From Prorocentrum cordatum (lineage: Eukaryota): DNA of 64,000 bases. The position numbers and the translations under genes are program-made. The stretch lies in contig CAUYUJ010000226.1 of the NCBI GenBank assembly GCA_963575745.1, forward strand, positions 186,001-250,000. The letters are read 5' to 3'. Shown here in pieces: positions 33,146 to 46,121 of this stretch. Below the pieces are notes generated by a model. The model made no database searches. It worked only from the letters and a program-made list of their open reading frames with translations, and was not told the DNA's origin. The stretch's first letter is position 1. Every line of letters starts with the position of its first letter.

Positions 33146-34074
33146 CACAGGAGGCATTCAAAAATGGGTACACCAAGAAAGAGTCCGGGGACGAATTGCT
33201 TATCATTTCTGGCTATTGTGGAGCATGTGTGTTGACTATGTGTTGTTTCTCTTGCAACCTCCGTCTGTAAGAGGACATGCCCGACGGAAGGCTTGGCAGC
33301 TCGGCCAGGGTCATCGAGAAACGCAGCCTTCACCCTCTTGCAACAAACATGCGCGCGAAACCGGGAACCGCACGGGGAATGGACGACCGAGCGATGGCAA
33401 GGGGGGGGAAGCCCAGGCATGATCTCAGCCACGCGCAGAGGGGGGTGGGAGGAGGGGGGAGGGCTTCTTAGAAGCACCCCTGCTGCTTAGCAGGCGCCGG
33501 CCTCATCTGTAGATGCAAGGCCGGCGCCTTCTAAGAACCAGTTTCCTTCTAAGAAATTTCCCCCCTCCCTCCACCCACCCGCTTGTGCGCGCCGCCAATG
33601 ATCGCCGCGTCTAAAAATCACAACGGGAGGTTTGTGCCCCGTTTTCAGCCTACCGGGGCCCTGTCCGGGCCCCCGGGGCCGTCAACAAGCATTTGGGGCT
33701 GAAAAGCTGGTCGTTGGGAAAGGGTCGGGACTTCTGGGGACCGCGTGCGGGAAAAATTTGGTCGTCGCATCATGTCCAGGACGGTACGCACCTATAACGC
33801 TACCCTTTCCTCGTTTTCTTTTTTCAGGCCTCCTGGGAGGCCCTCGTCGCCTGTTGGATTCGATTCGAAATTTCGGTCAGAACGCACCCGTGGCGAGGTC
33901 CGGGGAGTTGCGGTATTGGTACTGTTTGGTTTCCCCAGGGTCGCCAGCTGCTCGAGAAGAAACAGCTGCACAACCTCGTGACACTTCATGTGCCTCGCCT
34001 GAAGAGGAAAGGAAGGGCCACCCTGCTTCTGGACCCGGAGGGGGGGGTCCGCGGGCCAATGGCGCGTCCAAGAT

Positions 34075-34237
34075 TCAGGAGGGGAAGAAACACACAGACA
34101 CAATTAATCGTAGATCCCCAGGAAAATATAGGAAAATATGGGAAGTGGGGGGGAAGACAGAAACCCAGAAAATATGGGAAAATATGGGGGATCTTTTTAT
34201 GTGTGTGTATTTATTTGTGTGTCCTGGGGCCTCTTCA
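34075..34237 (+). mobile_element. Family A short element
   Basis: TSD aagat/aagat. Confidence 0.85.
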
Positions 34238-34868
34238 AAGATGGCCTCGGCGAGAAGGCCAAAACCACTGATGCTACTGAGCTGGTGGCCACCACATGTT
34301 GGCCTCCTTGGGGGGGCGTGCTACCGTCGGACCGGGGTGTAAGCTCGAGGACGGCTCGGGGAGGGTACCCTAGAATTCTTCGTGCTTGTTGGATGTTCTT
34401 GTGCATCCTGCGGGAGGGGCACCTCGAGTGATCTGATTGTTCGGGGTGTTTCGGCTGGCGGAGGGTCTCATGTTCTTGGAGGATGTTTTTCTGTCCCTGG
34501 TTCGGCCTTCCCTTTCCCTCGTCCTCGCCTTTGTGGGACTCCTGGGAGGCCCTCGTCGCCACGTCTGGATTCGCTTCAAGTTCTGGTAAGAACGCATCCT
34601 CGGAGAGGTCTGAGGAGTAGTGGTATCGGTACTTTTTGGTTTCGCCAGCTGCCGAAGCCCAAGCAGCTGCATAACCTTTTCAGTATCGTTAAACCGACCC
34701 CCATCCCGATCCCATCCCCATCCAGACCCCCACAATTTAACCACCCCAGTTTGGGACATACCCCTCGAAACCCGAAGGCTACAGCCTGTATCCTTAACTA
34801 GGGGGGTAAATCGGCCAGTGGGTCCCAGGCAACGCCGTTGGGGACAGGGGTCAGATAAACGAGCTCAG

Positions 34869-34889
34869 ATCCGCTACGATGCGGTGCAG
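34869..34889 (+). CDS. Candidate micro-exon (IRYDAVQ)
   Basis: ctcag|ATC…CAG|gt, phase 0-0. Confidence 0.3.
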
Positions 34890-35887
34890 GTCGCCATTTT
34901 ACGAAGAGGGAGCAATTGCATTAATCTTCTAATTTGTTATGTACCTCGCTCGAAGAAGAAGAAGAAGAAGAAGGCGAAACTGCATAAGCCTAAGCTGTCG
35001 GAGCTCTGCGCCGATCCTCTACTCCGCGCGGAGCTCCGAAAGTGAATGCTTACGCGGGTCTGTTCGTCCTCGATTCGCACTGCACAGATCCAGACGAGCC
35101 AGGTTCTCGAGGCCACGGCCTCACCCACCTGGTCTGGCCTAGGCCCGCATGCTGTCCGCAGCGGTGGCCGCACCGCATCGCCACTGCAGAGTCATAGACT
35201 TCCGGCGCTCCGCGCGGATCTCCTGGGTCGGGAATCTCTTTGGTCGGCGACTGGGCTCCCCTGGCGGCGCCTCCGGCGCCGCGCCTGACGCGCTCCGCAC
35301 GCAGGGGGGCGGGATCCAGCGCCGAGGAGGAAATCTGCGCTGACCTCCGATGCGATGCGATACGATGAGCCAGCTGAGCGACTCGACCAACTCGGGGCCG
35401 AGTGCGCCGATGCAGTCGGGGCCCTGAAGAAGGAGCCCTTTTCGTGGGGGAGGGGCTCCGTGTTCCTTAAGTGTTTCGCAGTTTGCCTGAGATTTTCCTT
35501 ATGTTGTCGATCGGAAATCGAAGTTTAATTTATGGAAAAAAGGGGCCTCGTCCCTTATTTAGGGTTCCTTCGGTCAAGACCCTCACTGCATAGTGGCGCA
35601 CGCCGTCCGCGTGAGCGCTCTCGTTTACCGTTTCCGATGTTGCGTTCCGCGCTAGCGGACCGAGTAAGCTGCGGTGGAAGGTCGCTGGGGCTTCTCGCGG
35701 AAGACCCGTTCATTGCCGTCGCACAGTTGGGCCCACGACTCCGGCCCGATGCGATGCGCCTCGGGTCACGGCTATCGGCCAGGGTTCGCCCGCAGGCGGG
35801 CGCGGGGATTCGATGCCGATTTGATTCGGGTCGACTCGCTGGCAGTCCGACCTGTTTGTTTCCCAGGCTTGCTAGCTGGGGTCGGCG

Positions 35888-36055
35888 TACACCTTAGGCG
35901 ATGCTTAAGAAAACCTAAGTTTTCGTCCAGAGTCTCGATTATTCTTAACTTTTCAATGAAAATCCCAAGATTTTGATAGAAATGCCGGGTTTTATTCCAT
36001 TTCTGAGACTATGAATTTCTTAACCCATGATTTCTTAAGCATTTCGCAGGGTGTA
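35888..36055. mobile_element. CACC…GGTG MITE
   Basis: TA/TA flanks. Confidence 0.85.
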
Positions 36056-38495
36056 GATGGAGTCGGAGGATCGTGCCGCACCGCCGATGCATCGTCCATG
36101 CATCGGCGGTCCCGGCTCGAGGTTGGCCCCGATTTTCTCCACGCCGCCGTCGCCGATGCATCGCTGACGTCGCCGGTGCATCGCCGATGCATGCCCGATG
36201 CGTCGGCGATGCGTCGGCGATGCGGCGGGGTCCTCCGCCCCCATGTGCTCCGACACCATCTGGAAGGCCAGCGTATTGCCTGGCGGCCGCTCTGGGACGA
36301 TCCAGGCACCCCCGGGAAGCTCTCGACGAGGCGCAGCGGCTGGGGAGCCTCCCGCGGCTGGAAAGCCGCCGAGCACCGACGACGACCGACAACCTCCGAA
36401 AACCTCGAACCCCGCACTCCTAGATCGCCTCCATGAATTAGCCCCGCCCCCCTCTGCTGCGGCCCCCTCCCGGGAGGCCTCCGAGCCGACCCGGCCTCCC
36501 GGCTCGCTCGGTCGGGCCCGCGAGGCCCGCGCGCACGAGCCGCTGCACCGCCGCTTCGGCGCGCTGTTCCCGGCGGTGGGCCTGGTCTCGGCGGCGGACT
36601 TCTCGGGCTGCGCCCGAGGCGGGGGGGCGACCCGGCGGCAACGGGCAGGAGCCTGGCATCTCGAGCTGGCAGCTACAGCCAGTCGGACCGAGGCAGAGAA
36701 GGCGGAGGTCGGCTCGGGGAGGGCACCCTGCTGTTCTGCGGGTGTGTTGGATGCTCTTGTGCCTCCTGGGGAGGGTGGTGGCCGTGGATGTTCTGTTTGC
36801 GTGGGTTCGGCGGAGGGTCTCATGTTCTCGAGGGATGTGCTTCGGTCGGCTTGCAGCAACGGGCAGGAGCCTCGTATCACGAGCTGACAGCTAGCGCACG
36901 CATGCCCATGCGACCCCTAGATCCCTTGGGGCAGAATTCTGTGGGGGGCTATGGGTGTGTATTGCTGGATGGGGGTTCCCGCTCGAACGGGAGCCCCCCC
37001 TCGGAATCCTACAACCCGCACCCCTCTGTATATAATTAGAACATTATATATCGCGCCTTCATCTGTTTGCCCTTCCCCATTTCCCCTCCCTATGGGTTTG
37101 AGGCTGTCATTTAATTTCATCACCTGTGGAGTCTTGGAGACAATGTTTGTATCTCCTGGCGATAACGGGCTTGACCAGGGGGGAGGAAGGGGGGAGGTTG
37201 CGTCGATGATCGTCGATTAGCGTCGATTCGCAAGAGCTCAGCAAAGTTGGCATGGGAGGCTCCCATGTTGCCTCAGAAGTGTGAGTCGGAGGAGAAACAG
37301 GTACCGATGCCGCTGCCCTTCCCCCAGAGAATCTGGCGTCACGTGCTTTTCGCAACGGGCGATTTTGCTGCGTTTCCCCTTGCCTTCATTCTTCCAGAAC
37401 TTCCGTGCTGGCCTTCCACACTTTTGCGCCTCGTGCAACGCTGCGTTCCCTCAGGTTCTCAATCGTTCCACTGCATCACCTTCCGCGCCCGCGGACGTCG
37501 GAGGGTATGGAAGGTCGAGGTGAAGGGTCGGCTCGAACAAAAAATAACAGAGCGACTGGTGGGACCCAGTGGTCGGCCGATTTTTCTATGATGTTGCAAT
37601 CTTGAGACGTCGGATCTCAGTGTCGAGGGTGTCCAAGACGGGGGTGAGGACATGGGGGAGGGTGTCATGGCCAAGGCTCGCGAGCTCTGCCAGAGTTTTT
37701 GGCCCCACAGCTCCTCAGCATGATAACTCGGGTGGTGGGGTTCTCCTCGAGCGCTCCTGAGCCCTACTTCCGGGGACATCGTAGAACGAGGCGGGGTCTC
37801 CCCCTCGCCGGTCCCCTTCCTCACCATCCTGCTCCTCACTGTGGGGAGGAGGAGGAGGAGGAGGAGGAGGAGGAGGAGGAGGAGGAGGAGGAGGAGGGGG
37901 AGGAGGAGGAGCGGGAGGAGGAGGAGGAGGGGGAGGAGGAGGGAGAGACAGAGACAGAGAGAGAGGGATAACGGAGGAGCGAAACGGAGTCGGAACGAGA
38001 ACGGTTCCTTTTCGAAGCCTTTGAAGGCCGAAAGGCCGCCATACCCATCCAGTCTGGAGCTCTTTGCATCCCTCACCCTTTCGGACGGGGCTAGGACGAG
38101 GGTAAGTCCGTTCCACCGCGTGCCGGAACGCTCTCAGAGCGTTCCAGAACGCTCTGAGAAGACCGCGGCGCTCGAGACATCCTCCAGAGCCGCCGGATCT
38201 CAGAGATTCTCAATTTATCCTCACCCGATCTTCTTTTCTTTGTCCTGGCTTCATCTTGTCCTTCTGCTCCTCCTCGTCATCCTCCTCGTCATCCTCCTCG
38301 TCACCCTCCTCGTCATCCTCCTCGTCCTCCTCGTCCTCCTCGTCATCGTCCTCGTCCTCCTTGCCTTATTCACGTCCTGTCCTCCTCCTCGTCCTCCTCC
38401 TCGTCCTCCTCCCCTTATTCGAAAGCACGCCCGCTGGCCCTCCATTCGCTCCACCCCGCGCACATGCCCCGGGCCATGATGCGCCCCGCCCCCTT

Positions 38496-38669
38496 TCAGG
38501 AGGGGAAGATCACATACAGAGACTCAACGACTCGTCGATCCCCAGGGAAGTGTGGGGAGCTATGGGGAGCGGGGGGGGGGGGGACGACGACAATCAAGAT
38601 GCTATGAGAAGATATAGGGTGCATCCTGGGATTCGCGTGTGTTTGTTTGTTTGTCCCTGGGCCCCGTCA
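38496..38669 (+). mobile_element. Family A, degenerate copy
   Basis: tcaggaggggaaga…gtttgtccctgggccccgtca; diverged, and no TSD is preserved. Confidence 0.55.
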
Positions 38670-39419
38670 CTCTCTCGGGCACGGGCCCCCTCCTCTCGGC
38701 GCGCCCGCGCTTCGGCGCCGACGCCGTGGTGGACGCCCGGCGCGAGGCCAAGAGCCAGCTGAAGATCGTGGACCGTCGGGGGGGCGACCTCGAAGTGCGC
38801 GGGAGTAGCGCGCCGATGCGGCGGTGCAGCGACTCGCGCGCGCGGGCCTCGCGGGCCCGACCGAGCGAGCCGGGAGGCCGGGTCGGCTCGGAAGCTGGAG
38901 GCCTCCCGGGATGGGGTCGGAGCAGATGGGGTCGGAGCAGATGGGGTTGACAATGGGGGCGATCTAGAAGTGCGAGGTTCGAGTTGTTCGGCTCATCGGT
39001 TATCGTTGGTTCTCGGCCGCCTTCCAGCCGCGGGACGCTCCCCAGCCGCTGCGCCTCGTCGAGAGCTTCCCGGGGGGTGCCCGGATCGTCCCCGAGCGGC
39101 CGCCGGAGAGCCGAGTTTGAGGGCCCGAAGCCACCCGGGCATGCGTGTAGGCCTCTTGGATGATGTGGGAGCAGATGCCCGACTCGCTGTGGATCCCGAC
39201 TCTCTGCACGCCGACGGCGCCACTGCGTCGGCGATGCGGCGCGAGCCTCCGCCCCCATCTGCAGTCAACCCGCATAATTAGTATGGATGAGACGCTTTCG
39301 CCCGCAGCCTTCCCCTTCGGCCCATGCCTGGCCTCTCTCGCTGGCCGCGCGCCGCTCGCAAAGTGTCGGCATGGCAACATTGCGCAAGTCCGATGCAAGC
39401 TCTCATGGAGCGTTATGGT

Positions 39420-39614
39420 TCGGGTCGGGCGAAAGGGGGGGATTGGGAAAGGGGGGGTTACGAAATTTGCTGCATGCAGCTGGTTTCGGCCTCACCGAGG
39501 GGCCCATTCCTCGATACATAGCCGCCTCCGGCGCCGGGAGGCGCCGGGAAAATCAGCTACGTGAGCTGATTCTCAAACCCCCCCTTTGCTATCCCCCCCT
39601 TTCGCCCGACCCGA
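39420..39614. mobile_element. Family D MITE (TIR TCGGGTCGGGCGAAAGGGGGG)
   Basis: Perfect ~21-bp TIR; TSD atggt/atggt. Confidence 0.9.
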
Positions 39615-39654
39615 ATGGTGCACGGCAACAGAGAGTCACCAACGTAGCTGTGAG

Positions 39655-39688
39655 GAAAAATGACACCTGGCTGGCGCAGCAGATCGAG
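39655..39688 (+). CDS. Candidate micro-exon (KNDTWLAQQIE)
   Basis: ag|G acceptor and GAG|gc donor; ends in phase 0, compatible with the exon at 40892. Confidence 0.35.
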
Positions 39689-40891
39689 GCAGGCAAGCGG
39701 AGCAGGAATGGAAGAGGGCCCAAAGGCGCAGAGTATGCGCCACCCAGGCGGTCTGTGATAATGAGGGCACGAACAACCGAAATCCTTCGTAACATCCGCC
39801 GGTCGGAAGAAGAGGGAACGAACTGCATGTGCAACAGTAGCTAAGCGGAATGCTGCTGTGCCTGGTCACTGTATCCCGACACCCCTTTTTCTCTGTCCAG
39901 GCAAGCGGCGCCCAAGTTAAAACGTGGCATGAGCACATCGCAAGGCAGGCGACGCTAGACATCAGCTAAGCCTGGTGGTATCTTGATGTTCCCTCCAAGC
40001 CACACCCACCAAATCATACTCCCCAGACCTCCTTTGTTTAACCAGGCAAGCTGCGACGTGGCAACATGAGGAAGTGCAATGCGGGGGAAACAAATGTAGC
40101 ATGCAGGCACGAGAGGAGACAGCAACTATATGCACAGCGTGTGACAATTCTTGTGCTGCTACCCCGGGTTTTTCGGTTGACCCCTGCTCTCAAAGGGCCG
40201 CGGGACCGTTGTGTTTTTGTGCTTTTTTGTAGGGTTTAGCACGAACATTTGTTACATTAGGCTGGCGCAGTGCAGCTTCGCTGGCCTGTAGCAGTCGGGC
40301 GGGGCCTCTCCCTGCATCCAGGGGGGCCTGAGATATATAATGCACAGGACGAAAGTACGTAGCTGAAGCGGCGTAAGGCTGAGCACAGAGAGAGAGAGAG
40401 GGAGAGGAGGGGGGAGAACAAGAGAGAGAGAGAGAGAGTGGCTGCCCTGTTGGCGATCGAATTCGCTGCAGCTGGGCAGAAGTGAGAGAGACTGTAGGTA
40501 ACATGCGAAGCTCGCAAAGACGATGGCCGACTGCGTTGCGAAAAGTACTCGTGCAATCTGCTGGCTGAAAATAACTTGTTTGAGCAAACTGGTAAGTATT
40601 CGGTCCATCTGAGTAGCGTGGCTGGCACAAAGCACTGGCTGGCCATGGTAAAGACTTTCCCGGAGTGGCCCATCGCGTGGGCAAGTATGGTCCCCTCCAC
40701 CTCCACCACTCCGCCACCGCCAAACCCGCAACCCATTCAACTCCAGAGACAGGACAGCAAGCTGATTGAAAAATGGTGAAACATATGCAGTTTCACGTAC
40801 GGGGCCACACCCTGTAACATGGGCCTACAATTCATTGTGTGACTTGGGAGGCCCGAGTAGACATGATGTGCATGCTGGAATACAGCAGCAG

Positions 40892-41031
40892 GTCGCCCAG
40901 CCGTCCCTCTACATAACCCGCCCCCGCCCCCTAATGGTCGAACTCACCCGCCTGCTCCCCATCAATATCACGCTGCTGGGCCAGCGCTGCCTGGCGCTGC
41001 CTGGCCTGGAGACCTGCGCCGTACAAAAAAG
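40892..41031 (+). CDS. Candidate exon (VAQPSLYITRPRPLMVELTRLLPINITLLGQRCLALPGLETCAVQK)
   Basis: cagcag|GTC acceptor; AG|ga donor in phase 2, compatible with 42949. Confidence 0.45.
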
Positions 41032-41922
41032 GACTTGAAATGGAGGTCCGGATGAGGCGCAGTGCTGGTAGTGTTGGCTGTATCTAGGCAGAAGAGAGAA
41101 CTTGTAGGTAACGTTCGCTGCCTGCGTAAAAAGTGTGATGGACTAGAGAGCTACTCGTGCATGTTGTTGGCTGACTGCGGATGATTGAGACAAATGAGGG
41201 CCTGACGTATAGAGGTGTCCAGCGCAAAGGCTGCTGGAGATAGAAGTGTACCTGTTGTGGCTCTTCAGCAGGCAGCAACGACGGGAAAAAAAACGTGGAG
41301 GGCAGGGCGGGGGACACCGAAAGGGACGAGCGCCAAAGCCGCATGTCTCTGCAAGGAAGTACAGGGCCTCGGCTTTCACCAACAATAAGTAAGGCACTTG
41401 CTCTGTGGGTGGAGGAGAACCCCACAGGGGCAAATTGAGGGGGAAAGGTGAGTGGAGAAGGAAAGACGAGCGACGGAGGATAGCAGGAGGAGCCTTGGCA
41501 CTAACATACTCGTATATAGCAGCTACTTGGCTACAGAACTGATGTTCCATACAAGTTATTTCGTCGAGTCGACAAACAATACGTAGCATGGTCCGCTGAT
41601 CGACGGAACATTATATTTTGTTCCCCCCAAAGGTTTGACGAAAAAACATGTTTGGGGTACGTAAATTCCTTGGTTTATCGCAGAAAGTCTTTACGCTTCG
41701 CGTATCCCCACCAGCCCATCTCACAGCAGCAACTCTTGCGAAACATGCCGGCAGTCGTGTTTTTCAGGCGTGTGTCCGCTTGGCCCCGCATATCTCCCCT
41801 GTTCCTCCTTCCTCCCGCCTCCTTGTACATCCTCCTTGTGGGGGGAGCGGGAGAAGGACGAGGCGGAGGAGGAGGGAGAGAAAGCGCTCCTCGTGATTTG
41901 AGTCGTTTGGGGTTTCTCGTCC

Positions 41923-42295
41923 TGGTGTGAGTCGTTCGGGCCCTTCTTCCTGGTGTGAGTCGTTCGGGCTCTTCGTGGTGTGAGTCGTTCGGGCTCTTCG
42001 TCCTGGTGTGAGTCGTTCGGGCTTCTCGTGGTGTGAGTTGTTCGGGCCCCTCATCCTGGTGTGAGTCGTTCGGGCCCCTCCTCCTGGTGTGACTCGTTCG
42101 GACTCCTCGTGGTGTGAGTCGTTCGGGGCCCCGTCGTGATGTGAGTCGTTCGGGCTCCTCGTGGTGTGAGTCGTTCGGGCGCCTCGTCCTGGTGTGAGTC
42201 GTTCGGGCCCCTCCTTGTGGTGTGAGTCGTTCGGGCTCTGCGTGGTGTGAGTCGTTCGGGCCCCTCGTCCTGGTGTGAGTCGTGCGGGCTCCTCG
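41923..42295. repeat. 25-28-bp minisatellite, 14 units (core tggtgtgagtcgttcggg)
   Basis: Counted directly; grades into (gggcctcttgg)n at 42296-42520. Confidence 0.9.
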
Positions 42296-42948
42296 TGGGG
42301 CCTCTTGGGGGCCTCTTGGAGCCTCTTGGGGCCTCTTGGGGGCCTCTTGGGGGCCTCTTGGGGGACTCTTGGGGGCTTCTTGGGGCCTCTTGGGGCCTCT
42401 TGGGGGCCTCTTGGGGGCCTCTTGGGGGCCTCTTGGGGCCTCTTGGGGGCCTCTTGGGGGCCTCTTGGAGGCCTCTTGGGAGGCTCCTGGGGGCCTCTTG
42501 GGGCCTCTTGGGGCCTCTTGCGACCTCCTCTGAAGCGCGAAGGAGCGCTGCCCCCTGAGAAGGACAAAATGAGCCCAAAACCTTCGTAAAATCAATGCTT
42601 TTGCTATGAAGGAAGATGAGCGCGGCCCCCATCAGGAGGCCAAAATGATGCCAAAAACGTAGTAAAATCAATGATTTGGGCTTCAAAGAAGAGGAGAGGG
42701 GCCAAACTCGGCCCCCCCGTCGGGGCCACAATCCTCGTGAGGGTCGTCGTGTTTTGGCCCTCCCAGGAGTCGAAAAAGACCCCCCTGCCACCACTCGGGA
42801 GTCCCTCTCCAGGTCCAGGGGGAGGGGGTAGGGGGAGGGGTAAACCCCTCCCCGAAGGGGAAGAAGGGGGGTTGAGGACAGAGAGGGCTCTCTAAACCAC
42901 TCACGCCCAAAGGGCTGGTGGGATTCAGAGCGGTCTCGAAATGTCCAG

Positions 42949-43105
42949 GCCAAACCCCGAGGACTGCCAGCGGCACCTGGGCCGCATGCGCCGCTTGGCA
43001 GCGGCTGGCCGGGACGAGTGGCAGGCCACCGTGGACGGGCTTCTCGCGGACCTCCTGCCCCACGTGCGCGTCGGGTCGCGGCGCGTGCCGCTGGAGGACT
43101 GTAAG
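42949..43105 (+). CDS. Candidate exon (PNPEDCQRHLGRMRRLAAAGRDEWQATVDGLLADLLPHVRVGSRRVPLEDCK)
   Basis: tccag|G acceptor (phase 2) and AAG|gc donor (phase 0); GC3-biased. Confidence 0.5.
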
Positions 43106-43149
43106 GCTTGGTGCGATCGAGCAGGGCGTCGTCGAAAAACAAAAATGGC

Positions 43150-43310
43150 GCAAACATGAGCTCGTGACAGTCCGCGCGGATTTCTTGGATCTTCGCTGGG
43201 ACCCTTTGGCGGCCCCTCCGGTGCCGCCCCTGGCGCACTCCGCGCGTCAGGGAAGGGGTCAAGCACAGCTCCAAGAAATCCGCGCGGACCGTCAAAACTT
43301 ACTGTTTATG
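43150..43310. repeat. Inverted-repeat dispersed family (tccgcgcggatttcttgga…tccaagaaatccgcgcgga)
   Basis: Clear IR here; diverged relatives near 4727-4830, 35200-35345 and 44735-44790. Confidence 0.55.
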
Positions 43311-43958
43311 CAATGTTTTTCGTTCTTCGGTATCGGCGTCACCCAAATGTGCTAATGCCGTGTGCGCATCACCCTCCCAGGGGCAGCGCGCGCGACAAGA
43401 AATCGTGCAGTAGAAGCTCTGTGGCGGTTGCTTCCTGCACATGCCGCTCGGGAAACGATGTGCTACAAGGCGGTTGCTTCCAAGGAGGACACATCGTAAA
43501 AGTGTATAATTGTGCGTCCCAGGGGAAGGACAGAGTGGGTGCGAAGACCGACGGTAGTTTTTGGAGAGCCTTCTTTGTTTGATCTCCTGGCGATCACGGG
43601 CGTGACCAGGGGTGGAAGGGCAGGGCGAGGGAGGGGGCCGGTCACGTCACGATCCGCGCCGGCGCCGCCTGGGAATGCCTAGGACTGGTACATCCCCAAA
43701 CGGCACCGGCGCGAATCTGGGCGTGACCAAGGGGGTGGGGAGGGGGGGAGGGCGTGGCTGGTCACGGGCATGATCGCAAATGATGCCAAACATTGTTTTT
43801 GCTAATTTTGAACATGGTTTGCTGTCGGCGTCGCTGCGGGCGTTGCTCATTCGAGACAGAAGGCCGCCTGCCCATCAGCAGCCGCTGTCGGGTCGGGAAC
43901 GTAATTGTTGTTGGGCATCTTACAATGTTTTCGCTACCCATCTCGGGCGTCCGAAAAG

Positions 43959-44018
43959 GTGATCGACCTGATCGACCAGCCCGGCGCGTATTTCCCTTCT
44001 ATTGACCCTGAGATCCAG
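43959..44018 (+). CDS. Candidate exon (VIDLIDQPGAYFPSIDPEIQ)
   Basis: aag|GTG…CAG|gt; exactly 20 codons, phase 0-0. Confidence 0.5.
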
Positions 44019-44306
44019 GTGGCGCAATTTGTTCAGGGATTGACGTTCGATCTATACCCCTGCTGCCCCCTCTCTGGCTGCCTGTGCGGGCAGGGCGTTG
44101 ATAAAAAGCTCGGCCCCCAGAGGCCAGATTTCTATCCATGCCCCGTCGTCGTCGTCGTCGTCCGTCGTCGTCGTTCGTCGTCGTCGTCGTCGTAGTCGTG
44201 GTGGTCGTCATCGTCGTCGTCATGCTCGTCATCGTCGCTTCTTTTTGATCTCGACGCAGGATTTTGCATGCCCGCGCTCCGTCCCCGCTGTCGTCGTCGT
44301 CGTCAT

Positions 44307-44340
<34 letters not shown>

Positions 44341-45603
44341 AGTCGTAGTCGTAGTCGTTGTGCTCGTCGTCGTCCGGCTCGTCGTCGTCGTCGTCGGTTA
44401 TTTGGGGTCACGACGCGCGATGTTGCAGGGTTTCGAGGCCAATCGGGCCCTCACGAACGGACCCGCCTCGAGAAAAGACCGCAGAGTGATGGTTTCCAGG
44501 GCTCTTCACCTAGCGTGTTCCCGCTATTCGCAAAGTGCCTATTCGCAAACAATGGGAAACATGCGGTTTTTCGATGGAATGAATTTTACATTCCCCGCGG
44601 CAGATCCAGGCAATTTGCGAGTATGTATTGTGCGAGTAGTGGCACGCGGTTGTCTAGCGAGCTCGCGTACGATGTCTCATTTTTTCACGACGTCGGATCT
44701 CAGGGGGAGAGGAAAAACTTGCACGCACATAAAATGTTGGAGCTCCGCGCGGATTTCTTGGATCGGCGTTGGGTTCCCCTGGCGGCGCTTGCGGCGCACG
44801 GGGCAAGCCCAGAATCCAAGACAAATGTGGAACCATCAACGGGAAACCAGACCCAACAATTGTTGGAACAGACCCAGCCAACCTTCGACACTCATACAAG
44901 CTTGAAAATTGAGGTCCAAATTATGAAAGAGGAATCCCAATCTCGAAAATTTGGCTGTGGCAAAGCCGGGATTGGCAAGCGCGTGCGTGCTTGGGGAGTG
45001 GGATTGGTTTGGAGTTGATTTCAGGATAAGTTGGTTATGGTGGAAACCGTAGGTCGTTCAATCGAAGAAGATGAGGAGTGGACGGCGGAGGAAGATGAGG
45101 AGTGATCATGGCTCCTCCTCTCCCGTCCTTTCTTTTCATTGCCTTTCCTCCTCCCTATCTATATGTGAGCGGGAGACAGCTAAGCTTCTCGAGGGGCTGC
45201 TGGAGGTCGAGCTGGCCATCGAGTGTCAGAGTTTTTGTTTTCTTCGTCCTCCTCCTCCTCCTCCTGTCCGTCGGTGCCCGCGTTGTCCGTTTCCCAATTT
45301 TCCGTTGTGTTTGGCCAGCGGTCACCCGTTGGCCGTGGCGGGAGGCTCAGGCTCAGGAGGCTCAGGCTCAGGAGGCGGCGCGCGAACGGCTCGCTCGCAG
45401 GTTCGAGAGATTTCTTCAGGTTGCATGGCGGAGCTTCTGAGGCATGTTCGACCTTGCCACCAGGGATCGGGAGGGGTCGTTCGTCGAGCCGCGGGCGAGC
45501 GGGGGGGCGGAAGGATGAACGACAGCAGGTGGGTGTTATATCCTGTCCGAATGTGGGTTTGCCACGCGCCTCGGCGCCAGCGGGCCAGTTCCCGCTTCTC
45601 TCG

Positions 45604-45771
45604 TCACCACCCACCAAACCACCCCAACCCAACCCGAAGGCTCAGATTTACCCTCGATTTCTAGTGGGGGGGGGTCGGGAAACATCGACAAAAACACGCG
45701 TGGAACCCTTACCCCCCCCAACCCGAAATTCGGGTCTTCGGGTTGGGTTGGGGTGGTCTGGTAGGTAGTCA
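45604..45771 (+). mobile_element. Family C MITE (TCA…TCA; subterminal IR accaccccaacccaacccgaag)
   Basis: TSD tctcg/tctcg; further copies at 57426 and 63689. Confidence 0.85.
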
Positions 45772-45958
45772 TCTCGGGGCCGCGGTCTGGGCTGGCGGCT
45801 GTAGCGGCTCCAGAGATGCGCTCGGTGACGAGGCTGCGTTAAGAACGAGCCTGCCGCGCGACTGTCCTATCGGCGCTGCGGCGGCGACATGGCTGCGCGC
45901 GGTTTGGCCCAGTTGCGGCGGAGTTGCCGGGCGCGGACTGATATTGGTCGGCATATTT

Positions 45959-46121
45959 TCAGGAGAGGAAAGAACACACAGACACAATTAATCCTCGATT
46001 CCCAAGAAAATATGGGAAAATATGGGAAGTGGGCGGGGAGACAGAAACCCAGAAAATATGGGAAAATATGGTGAATACTTTTATTTGTGTGTATTTATTT
46101 GTGTGTCCTGGGGCCCCTTCA
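45959..46121 (+). mobile_element. Family A short element
   Basis: TSD tattt/tattt. Confidence 0.85.

Noticed and set aside
41923..42295. CRISPR-like array (constant 18-nt core with variable intervening sequence)
   Set aside because: The intervening parts are only 7-10 nt and resemble each other, there are no cas genes, and the context is eukaryotic. It is a minisatellite.
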